This document shows, piece by piece, positions 1 through 10,638 of a DNA stretch of 64,000 nucleotides (the stretch's first letter is position 1; every line of letters starts with the position of its first letter). The position numbers were made by a program, and so were the translations under genes. Origin of the DNA: Chrysomallon squamiferum (Eukaryota; Animalia; Mollusca); NCBI GenBank assembly GCA_012295275.1, contig CM022672.1, forward strand, positions 26,474,001-26,538,000, written 5' to 3'. Below the pieces are notes generated by a model that was not told the origin of the DNA, made no database searches, and was given only the letters and a program-made list of their open reading frames with translations.

Positions 1-1397
1 ATATTACTCGAAGATCGATTGTTTATATGGTTGTACATTTCTTTATAATTAACTTGTAGCATGTTGCCATATTTATTCACTAAAGTTGCATCCTCTTTAA
101 GATCGGTACAAAGAATGTCCATATCTGTGCTACATGATCGGTAATGGTGTACGTAGGCGACATCTTCATCAACAAATTTAACAGAGAAATTTTTCTCATC
201 TGGCCATGGTCGACTTACATGATGAATTCCAATTTCCAGCAGTTTGTATGGTTCCACCATAACTTTGCTTCTGGTGTTACTCATATACATATTTCTTTTG
301 GTAACGTTAAGCACTACCAGTGCATCCAACCAAGAAATGTTCTTACTAGTTACTGACTCTGTTGGATAAACAGTGCTTCTGAAGGAATAGGCGCATGTTC
401 CATTCATTTGAATTTCATTCATCACGTCGGCCCAGTATAATGCACTTGGTAAATGGGGTATGAGAAATTCATCTAAATCAATAAACATTAAATATTTTAC
501 AGTTAACATGTGTCTATACATACAATCATTTATAGCAATCAGCTGTCCATAATACCATATATTATTAACAGGCTCAATGAACGACGGCAAATCCCATGAA
601 ATAACAGAAACTACGGATTGTGCTTCGTAATGATCTAGTACGGTGTTTACATCCTTGTTCACCGTGTAATTGTAAAAAAACACATGCTTCGCTCCAAGCA
701 TTAGCACCATTTCAACAAACTGAACTATAACATCTGACGTGACATTGCCAAAAAGTGGCGGTACACAAACCGCATAATCCATCTGAAGATATGAAGGAAT
801 TGGTTCAGTTCTGAAAATGGGTAATGTGACAGTTTCATCAGAGTCTGGATTTTTGCGTCCAATCGTCACAAAACAGGGCTGCTTTCCTGAATGCTTATTT
901 TCAGGAGAACTGCAAGATAATATCCACCCTCCATATGTTCTCATGTGGTTTTCACACATTTCATAATAGGAAACAACCGACGATCTATACTCGTCAGAAG
1001 CAGCTTTGTTTATATCGTCACTGAAATGACACCACAGTGGTGTTTGTTTGGCATCCATCCTCATAATGGTCATAATTCTTATCATCTTTGTTTCTGTTCT
1101 TTTATCCAAGAAGGCAGAATAGAATACAAATTGAGTCCATAAATGGCCTTTTGGTGATTTAAATAATTCCCTGTAGCCTTTTATTTTATTACAGGAATGC
1201 TCATATGGAAACGAATACATACTTAAGGTTTCAAAATTCTCTTCGAGGTATGCGGGAGTGGCATCCACGCGTAAATCTTTGATCACTACAACTTTTGATT
1301 CCATATCTTGATATCTTTGAATGGAAATTATTATGTAAGTCGTTATTGAAGAATAAAAAATTAAAAATAAGAACATAAACATTGACGTTCGAGACAT
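1..1397 (-). CDS. Glycosyltransferase family 92 (DUF23, GALT-1-like beta-1,4-galactosyltransferase family), type II membrane protein; single exon, 3' end runs off the window
   Basis: Manual translation gives ~465 uninterrupted codons from ATG 1397. MSRTSMFMFLFLIFYSSITTYIIISI is a signal anchor, followed by VFYSAFLD, YAVCVPPLF, FVEMVLMLGAKHVFFY, GQLIAINDCMYR, FIDLDEF (DxD motif), RSKVMVEP, IGIHHV and VHHYR. There is no stop before base 1, so it is absent from the ORF track. Confidence 0.9.
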   Translation of the reverse strand, partial: MSRTSMFMFLFLIFYSSITTYIIISIQRYQDMESKVVVIKDLRVDATPAYLEENFETLSMYSFPYEHSCNKIKGYRELFKSPKGHLWTQFVFYSAFLDKRTETKMIRIMTIMRMDAKQTPLWCHFSDDINKAASDEYRSSVVSYYEMCENHMRTYGGWILSCSSPENKHSGKQPCFVTIGRKNPDSDETVTLPIFRTEPIPSYLQMDYAVCVPPLFGNVTSDVIVQFVEMVLMLGAKHVFFYNYTVNKDVNTVLDHYEAQSVVSVISWDLPSFIEPVNNIWYYGQLIAINDCMYRHMLTVKYLMFIDLDEFLIPHLPSALYWADVMNEIQMNGTCAYSFRSTVYPTESVTSKNISWLDALVVLNVTKRNMYMSNTRSKVMVEPYKLLEIGIHHVSRPWPDEKNFSVKFVDEDVAYVHHYRSCSTDMDILCTDLKEDATLVNKYGNMLQVNYKEMYNHINNRSSSN

Positions 1398-1712
1398 TGT
1401 GTCAAGCTATTCTGTGCAACAATCTTTCGTTTGATCCTTTTCGTGTTTATCGTCTTCTTTTTCGTTTCGGTCCAGAATTAACTTGTACATTTACAATTTA
1501 ATCATACCCAAAACTTAGAACAGTTATGATATTCTTGATATTCATTCAAATATTATGTCGTATCGTACCCGCTTCAGTGCTGAAAGTTTTGATAACAAAT
1601 ATTCCGCCATAACTTTCCTACGAAATACAGAAGCAATAACACGTGACGTTTTGTGACGAAAAAATACATAATAAAAAAAAAATAAAAAAATAAAAAATAA
1701 AAATTAAATATA

Positions 1713-3066
1713 TATACTCAGTAAAAAAAAGTTTGCGAGGTTATTCAAAGTTGGAAAGAGATATTGGTAAAACGATCAAAGTAAAATAATAGTAGAACTT
1801 AATAAAGATACTGATTAGGAGTTAACAATAAATTATGTCATATATATACGGTTCTCACGTGGGTTTTCGAAAACCATATCTGTCTGCAAAGAAAAGATAC
1901 TGAAAAACTTTGACCATCAGCGTAAAACAAAAATAAGGAATAAAAAGTGTTCCAGAAAGCTCTATCAAAATGTCCCAGAACCACCAGTTATTCAGTAACG
2001 TGCCGCATTTCGGCAACCATGCACTCTACACACATACTAAGAATTAACCCCTGAATTATTTGTTGGACCAACGCTCATTCCTGAAGTGAAACAGCTTCAG
2101 TTTGAATTGGTGGATTACGTACCACATGCGTTCATTAGAGTTAAGAACCGATCTGCAGGCCTCTAGCTGAAAAAAACCTCCACTACGGCCCTTAGTGAGA
2201 TTGAACGTTGTCATTCTTGTACACGCTGCGGCACGATGGTGGTGGGGTGAACTATGTCAGTGTGATATTTGTCCTCATTTAGCATTCCTTTCATCGTCAC
2301 CAGATCCATTTTGCATCCATTTGATCACCCACTACTTTGAAGAGTAGCTTGAACATGTTTAGGACCAAATCTGTCGTCAAACACGACCTTGGCCGTTAGT
2401 AACCAATACAAGCATCCTACATTCATCTGATCAATTGATCCTTATCCAAGAAGCCAAGATCCAACCTACTAGATCCCTGCACCACATCACTGATATGTCT
2501 ATGAGTCAAGTGAGGTTTTAAGAGGTATTTTAGCACAATATGTACCAGCCTTCCGACGATTTCTGGATGGAGAGTGTGAAATTCCATTGGTTCCTTTGTT
2601 TATCTGCACGACTTACAAATCTTAGCAGATTTCGATACTCACGAACAATTTTTTTTTTTTTTTTTTCTTCCGGAGCTTGGACGGCCCTAAACAGCATTAG
2701 TTTGGGTTTGTGATGATGCTATGGTGACCTCCCAGCTTTCCTACATTAGCCGTGCATGACATCCTCCATTTTTCATTCCATTTCAGGAGATGTTCTTAGA
2801 TTTTTTCATTTCGCAATTTCAATTGAAAATGTACTATTTTGTTCAAATTAAAGACAATGGAAAACGATAAAGAAAAGTTGATTCGTAGGATCACGTTACT
2901 TTGATGCACCTTGGGAACGTTAACGTGCACTGCAGACTGAAATGGACACGAATGTATCATTGCTTGTAATACTTTTAAAATGTATTATTAATGTTCCTTT
3001 CAAGCAAAAACATTATTTACACATACGATTTAAGTGGCGCTTAACTTTTTGTACTCTGTGTATATA
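1713..3066 (+). mobile_element. Decayed Tc1/mariner-like DNA transposon remnant
   Basis: TA-flanked imperfect terminal inverted repeats (TACTCAGTAAAAAAAAGTTTGCG vs reverse complement TACACAGAGTACAAAAAGTTAAGCG). Broken transposase-like peptides VKNR.LQAS (~2140) and EHV*DQICRQ (~2351, compare IEHVWDxLxR). Confidence 0.45.
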
Positions 3067-4427
3067 TGACGTCTTACTAAGAATTGTGTCCAAAAAATGA
3101 AAAAAAAAAAAAAAAAAAAAAAAAGGATTTAAAGAATTAAACATGTATTTCAAATAGTTCACAATATTTCACTCAGTATTTATCCCTTCTTACTTCAGGT
3201 ATCTTGGTACGCTTTCATTAGCCTCGTGTATATTAATCAGTGATAAAGCCTTTACTAAATGTTAAAGTTCATTTTGTGTTCAGTGAAATATATTGGTTAA
3301 TGATATACGAAATTTTATTCATAATTATGATACAGCAAGATGACAGAAATTTATTATTCTGTTGCCCTGTATCTACGATCGCACTGAATACCCATCTTTC
3401 TAGATGTATCAAGATGTATATTTAAACACGAATTTTCATTAATAAAAAATTATATATATCTGTATTTTGTAGTGAATCTGTTCATAAATCTGTGCTCTTT
3501 GCAAAGTTGTCAGATAATGCTAAACTATGTTTACGTACTTACCAACAGATAACAACGTATAATTGAAATAAAACAAATTTATTAAATTTAGATGAACATA
3601 TATCTGTTTACAAATTGTTTCAATACTTTACCCTTTTAAATAATCAATCAAAAGAAACATTATAACTAAATTAAATTTTATCTTGTAAATAATCATTTAA
3701 ATGAAACATCACAACTGAATTAAATTTTTAAATACTGAGCATTTGATACTTTTCATACTATATTAAAACATGCAAAATAACTGATCTGGTCACTTAGAAT
3801 AAAAAATGTTTCTTTTTCAGTGAAAGGAATAAAATTAAACTTAATTACTATGATATTGCTAGAATTGATATAAACCTGGCCACACTAGAATAAAGGTAAC
3901 CATAATTAGACTACTATTATTTAATGATATTATTTGCTAACTCAATAAATTTTATTAGTCTTTTGAAAATTTTTAAATCTGAATTTATTCAAATAAGATT
4001 ACGTGATATTTTTTCTCTATACTTTAAAAAATGTTTGTTATATAACAGAAATTTATTTAATTCTTTAAGTATGTCAAAAAAAAAAAAAAGAAAAAAAAGG
4101 TTAATACATTTCTTACACTTAAATTATAATTCAAACTAATACATCCAGTCAACAAGATAATTATGAATGATAATAATAATTAAAAAAAATTGTCAGAAAA
4201 TTCAGAAAGAATTGATTCCACTTCATATTTATTGTTTTTCTTAAATGTCAAATGTTTTACATCAGGAAACTTGATGAAACAACTAATGTTCTCCATGCTT
4301 TATTTTATTCCCTGAATTAGTTCTCTTTCAGAAAATCATCTTCTGCTAAGCTCTAGGTACAAGCTTGGTTTCCATGTCTTCAAGCATCTTATCAGGATGA
4401 GATTTTCAGACAAAAGGTTGTAGTTTT

Positions 4428-7400
4428 TCAAGCAATGAAATCCAGGGGTCTGTTGAAACCACCTCGTCTGTTCATGTACTGCCTGTAGTTTTCAAAACAA
4501 AGAAGCAAAAAAAAATTACAAAATATATAATAATAATAATAAATACAAAAAAAAAAAAATAAATAAAATAAAGTAAAATAAAATAAATATTAAAAGAGCA
4601 GGTTAGAAATAAATCAAGAGGTAACCATGGTAACCTGACATGTGTAAAGTAACAGCACTAGTTTTTCTTATATTTAATTTTAAGTAATTTTTGATTCCAG
4701 ACTCTGCTTTATTATATAAAAAACTGTGGTATAAGATTTGTTGCCAACGAGGAGGAGTCTGAAATATCTTCTCTAGTATTAACATTATTATAATATTAAA
4801 ATTTTTACTAAGGTAGGTTGGTATAGTTATAAATTTGTTCTAAATTCTAGTAATATATTTTGATGTTATTTGTTTAAAATTTTCAGTGAAATATATAAAA
4901 AAGTAAAATGAAAAATTAATGAATATGAAGTCTTATAAAAATGTAATAAACCATTACTTTGTGAGAGAAATTAGTTAAATTCACAGCTGTAATATTTAAG
5001 AATGTGTAATATCACTGTAATAAACATGTCTCAAATTGTGAACACATTTAGAATCATCATTTCTCTTGCTTTTTTTCTGTCCACCGAACCTATTATATAT
5101 AAAATATATCTATACATCTGATATAGACACACTGTATATTGTTGTTATTATAAGTATAATACTGTTGATCCTTGATTTTGCAGACTAATTCTGGGATGAT
5201 CACTGATCTGGAGAATGTAAACATTAACTCTAAAATCTACTGAAATATTAAACTTTAGTACTCATAGCAACTGTATAATATAATAATGGAAAAACAATAT
5301 ACAGATATGCTTGATTCAAGAAGTTGAATCACTTCTAACTTCACATTGACTCTAAGATGTACCTTTTTTCTTTTCTCACCTCTTCCTCTTGAACGCACAG
5401 AAACTGTTGCTAGTCACAAACAATATTTTAGTAATTACGATAACAAAAAAATAGTGGTGAGTTTGAGGAAAAACTGTGCTGCTGCTCTACTCACAAATAT
5501 TTACAATGAGCCAACTGGGATCTAATGGACATTTCATGAATTGCTGGTAATAAGTTCGCATTTTGTGATTCTTCAAAGTTTGGTCTAGACTTAGGGACCA
5601 TAACATTGAGGTTCAACAGTATTTCAAATTATTATTACCCAAATGTTTCTTAAGATAAATTAAAAATTAAAAATATATATATTTATTTTTACCTGTATCG
5701 TCTTTTCCGAGAAATGTTTGCCTCATAAATATCATTTCCAACAACCTTCTTACCCTGCAAAGAAAGAAAACTACAAATAAGAGATTACAACCATAAAGTT
5801 AAGCATTTAGTTTCAGAAAGCAACTGGTCAAAGAAATATTACTTTTTTGTGGAAATTTTAATTTAAGAGTTAGACAAAATATTTAAATATCAGACATATT
5901 TCAAAAAATAAAAACAAAAAATGAAACAACAATTTAACATTTTTTTTTTTAAGCATAATGCACCAGCCCTTTCTGCAACTTGATAATGTGAGGATGTGTT
6001 TTAATAAGCTCTGTACAGTTTAGTGAAAAACAATTCACTCACCTTGGTTGAGTCAAAGCCAGTGAAACCCATTACTTGTATCATCTGAATTTCTTCCTCT
6101 GTCATATCAGCTAACTGTGAGGCTGAAACAATACAAAAAATTAAAACTCTTAATATTTAATTTATTAAAATTATTTACTATTTTAAAGTTTATTTATCAT
6201 ACAAACTGATGTGAAAATCTTATAAATGTTTTATGGTATCATTTCCTTTCAATGGTATTATATTTAGATGAATTTATATAATAAATACAATAACAGAAGA
6301 AAAATAATTGGATATTGTAAAAGATAACTAAGAGAACAATTAAAGTAAGAAAAATAATGAAGAAAGAGTCTGACATGCCAATATCTGTATTCAGTTACCT
6401 AATTTAAACCATACATGGGAGATATGAAGAAAAGATACATGCAGGATTTTCTTTTATCAGGAAATGTAACTTCAGAACATGTTGAAATGTTTCTAATATG
6501 AATGTTATTTGTGCAATGCTGACAAAAAAGCTGGTGTAGTAAATTATTATTTTATTTATTACATTTGTAACATTTCAGTTAAACAAAAGATGTAGACCTC
6601 ATTCTAGTTTTAGGTAAAAATATATTTTAAGACAATGTATCACAAATTACAAATGAAAGAGATAACTTATTAAACATTGAATGAATTTTATATAGCATCT
6701 GAATAAAAAAAAAAAAAAACAAGAAACAAATTAAAAACCTCAACAATTGCTCTAAATATTAATAAATTCTCATTTTTAACTTGTTTTTATTTTTGAAATT
6801 CTTAGTATGTAATCATTTTTAAAATCATTCTAAAATACATGAATTTAGAAAATAAAAAAATAAATATAAAATATTAATGAAATAAAAAAGATAAAAAAAT
6901 AAAAATGTCTTAATAGAGTAACAAATACTACAATTTAGTTTGTCATAAACAAAAGGTAAGATATATAAAATTCTTACGATCTAATTTTGGAAGAGTCTCA
7001 GTTACAGAAGCCTTTGCCTTCTTATCTTGACTTTTTCCTCTATCTCTACAAATAAATTAGAAAAAATAAATACATTTGTAACTACATTAGAACAGCAGTA
7101 AAATGGTAAAATATAAACATTTCCAAATAGATGTAAAGAAAGAAATGAATTTGAAAAGTGTTTTATAGTAAATAATAAACTAAATTTGTATATAAATAAC
7201 ATAATGTAATGAACAAAACTGGATACTTCCTCTACAAACTTATATTAATAAAAGATCTGCCTACCAACCCCAAAGTCCTTAAACACTGAATGTATAAATA
7301 AAAAAGATAATTATTTAATTAATTTATTAACTCAATACCGTCTCGCTTCTGAATCCGATCTGGATCTTTTTCGTCCACCTGGTGACAGTGAATGTGATCG

Positions 7401-7769
7401 ATGTCTCACTGGGGATCTTGACCTGCTTCGCCTGTGACGATCTCTATCTGAAAAATATAACAAAATAAAAATAAAATAAAAATATTAAATCTTACCAGAG
7501 TGAGCCATTAAAATTCATTCTAAAAAGTATAAATCATGCAATTCTTATGTAAACAATTCTATATCAGCTCATGAAATTCATTTACATTTCCATTAACTTT
7601 CTGTGACATAAAAAGCAAACATAAAAAAACAAAAACAAATACCTATTAAGGCTGATTTTTTTTCAGGAACTAAGCAAAATATGGTCAGTCTGTAATACTT
7701 GAAGTTGAAATACCATAATGTATATAAATTTGTATTCCTTCTTTGGAAAAGGTGTTGTTTTCATACATT

Positions 7770-7800
<31 letters not shown>

Positions 7801-8707
7801 AAGATATTTAACAGTTTATATGAAATTAATCAAATGAAGAACTTTTACAATTTCTGACCTGTGTAATTCTATTTTGTTTAAAATTAGCAATTACTTGTGA
7901 TTTAATTTCTTGCTTGTTTTCATGTCAAAACCGATATTATAAAACATTTTAACTACACTTTACAAGTACTGATTTAACATTTGAAACAGAAAGTTTATTG
8001 TTGCATAAGTATATACCTTTTGTGTGTGTTTATAAACAAAATTTAAAAGAACAACAATGACTGCAAAAAATAACACAGATAGATTATAATAATAATCACT
8101 TTTACATAAACTTGACAAAGCAATTAAAATGAAAATAGTATTTTAATTAGTTTCATGTATTCTTACGTCTCCGATCTCTGTCTCTTGACCGAGAACGTCT
8201 TCTTTCTGTACAAAAAAAAAAAAATAAAATAAAATAAATTAAATTTCAAAATGATATTAGAAATTAATATTTAAACTGTTGTTATTCTTCACAATATAAA
8301 TATTATTTTAAAAATGCATATGAATATATAAACTAAATAACATAAATATCTAATAAAATAAATTTCATCAGACCATTTCAAGATATTTGATATTATCAGT
8401 AGTATCTGATTAAAAACAGTAAAAAAAAAGAAACTTATAATAAATAAATAAATAATTAATAAACTATTATAAAGGTTTTCAGGTATTCTTAAATACTTAA
8501 ATAATAAATTGAAAGATAAAAATACTAAATACTAAAATAGTCACACGAAATAAAGAAATGATCGAAATACACTCCTATAAGAATATAATTTAATAGTTTT
8601 GGTCAGTCATAACCCACTAAACTGGTAAATGTTTCAAACAATAGAATTAATAATAACATTTTCAAACCTCGTCTAGGAGATCTGGAGCGACTTCGGCTTT
8701 TCGGCAT
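4428..8707 (-). CDS. SNRNP27: U4/U6.U5 tri-snRNP 27 kDa protein, 150 aa. Exons 8707-8668, 8205-8167, 7447-7339, 7045-6978, 6122-6043, 5754-5693, 4482-4428
   Basis: Spliced GT-AG translation gives [13 protein letters not shown] (RS domain), then [23 protein letters not shown], ending [22 protein letters not shown], the diagnostic SNRNP27 C-terminus. Exon lengths sum to 453 nt. Confidence 0.97.
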
Positions 8708-8880
8708 TACTAGAACACCGAAGTATATAAGAGCGAGCACCAAAGATTAGTCTATGAATAACAAAAAACGTAAGCAAAACGTTTGTTCACCTTACAAACG
8801 ATACAAGTAATCGAGACAATAGATTGAAGAAAAATAAATTATAGCTTTATATAGACTATTTTTCACACTGACAGTCGTTA

Positions 8881-8978
8881 GCCTCCGTGGCCTAATGGAT
8901 AAGGCATCGGCCTCCTAAGCCGGACTGGTTACAATGAGTGATAGCCGGGGATTGCGGGTTCGAGTCCCGTCGGAGGTG
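8881..8978 (+). tRNA. tRNA-Arg(CCT) with 25-nt intron 8918-8942 (copy 1)
   Basis: GCCTCCG acceptor, A box TGGCCTAATGG, anticodon arm TCGGC-CTCCTA[A]-GCCGG, B box GGTTCGAGTCC. It is 73 nt after intron removal, and a T5 terminator follows. Confidence 0.93.
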
Positions 8979-10116
8979 TTTTTCCTGTTCTATATATGTT
9001 TTTATATTTTTTTTATATAAATTATAATTTTTAACATATTCCACCCACGACTTTGATTTTTACATTTCAAATTAAAATATATAACAAAAACAATAAATAC
9101 AAAATTACTTAGACATGAATTTTATTTACAGTAACATTATGTATATTTATAAAGTTATAGTACACAGATAATCAAAATCTCCTTATCATTTCAAAATGTA
9201 TATTATGCATATCCGTTAGAGATTATTATTATTAATATTTTTTTTTTTAATCAGTTTTTAAATATATTATATACAATAGTTTTTCTTGTTTATTAAAACA
9301 AAACATTATAAAACTGTTTAACATGGAAAGAAATAGGCTTGACAGATAAAAATTGTTTAACGTCTTCGAATAAATTCAGTCAATTATTATTTTTTAACAT
9401 CCAGTTCAGTTATCGCCCTTCCTCTATTCCTACATGGTTTATGCTGAGCCACATTTTCAATCTTTCATCTGCTTCCTCTACTTAAAGGTCTGAATCCGAG
9501 ATTCAAGAAATTCATACTGGAAATAGCCAAGGCCTGTTGGTTTTCTATTATAATGGAAAACATTTTTATAAGTTTAAACAAACTGTCAGAACGATTAATA
9601 ATAATATGTGGAAATAATTCTTATTACATTTCAATGTGAATTAAAAAAAAAAAAAAATAATAATAATAATAAAAAAAAAAAAAATAAAAAAAAAAAAATA
9701 AAAAAAATAAATGATAATAAAATTGAAATGCTTTTTAAAACTTAAATTCAGTTTTCATACGGGTTGCAAATTGTTCTGCATTTCAGAAAAGGGATTATCA
9801 GCAATATGTTGGATATATTTTTCAATGTAAAATTAATTTCATTATCAAAGCCTATTAACACTGGTTAGTAAACAATAAGAGAGCTGATATATAGCAAATA
9901 ATGAATTAACAATTTATTTTATTATGTTTTGAAACGGTCTGTTTGTACCATATTTTGTAAACTTATAACTTTAATTACTAATGTTCCTAAAAAATCAGAG
10001 AAGAACAAAAATATAATAAAAAACAGAAACAGGAAAACAGTTAAAATACCTTAGTGTGGTGATGACTTCCAGTGTCTTGTGAAAAGCAGGAAAGGAAGAA
10101 AAAAGTAAAATATTTA

Positions 10117-10359
10117 TTAATTTATGCCAGTGTATAATCCATGTATCCAAACTACCCACCACAGTAATTTGGTAACAGATAACACAATTAACAAACTCTT
10201 TCGTTTTCTTCTCTTCTCTGCTTCAAATTCATCGGCCATATTTCGGAGAGTGACAGAAAAACTGAGTAACTCATTATTAATATATTCACTGCTGCTATCA
10301 TTGTCCAAGGTGTCTGGTACTGGACACAAACCACGTTTTTCTTCACCTGTTTCGTTCAT
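10117..10359 (-). CDS. Candidate BH3-only pro-apoptotic protein, 80 aa, with C-terminal tail anchor
   Basis: An acidic disordered N-terminus is followed by FSVTLRNMADEFE, which matches the BH3 consensus. Then come basic KRRKRK and hydrophobic LLIVLSVTKLLWWVVWIHGLY. A splice acceptor TTATTTTATTAATGTAG lies 4 nt upstream of the ATG. Confidence 0.65.
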   Translation of the reverse strand: MNETGEEKRGLCPVPDTLDNDSSSEYINNELLSFSVTLRNMADEFEAEKRRKRKSLLIVLSVTKLLWWVVWIHGLYTGIN

Positions 10360-10527
10360 TTCTCTACATTAATAAAATAACCAAAGTATGACAAGTGTCT
10401 TGATTTTCTTTCTCTTTCTCATCCTTTTTCTGCAGTACACAGAATATCAGACCTTTACATTAGGAACATTTACAAACGTAATTCCTTTGTCAAAGAAAAC
10501 ATGTACATGAACAATAGCACCAGCAGT

Positions 10528-10638
10528 ACCTTTCTGATGGTAAAATGTGAGTTTTGCATTTTATATAGTTAACCCAGTAACCTCTTTGTTGTCTGATCTT
10601 CGGTAGTTTCCAGTCGGTGAACAAGAATTAACTTGCCT
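10528..10638 (-). promoter_or_regulatory. Putative promoter of the BH3-only candidate: TATA box (10568-10560), short first exon with donor near 10530, p53-like response element 10619-10638
   Basis: On the minus strand, CTATATAAAA lies ~25-30 nt before CCATCAG and the donor AAAG|GTACTG. GAACAAGAAT+TAACTTGCCT forms two RRRCWWGYYY half-sites with zero spacer and 3 flank mismatches. Confidence 0.35.

Noticed and set aside
10124-10372. 82-aa plus-strand ORF overlapping the BH3 candidate
   Set aside because: It is an antisense shadow with no motif or splice support.
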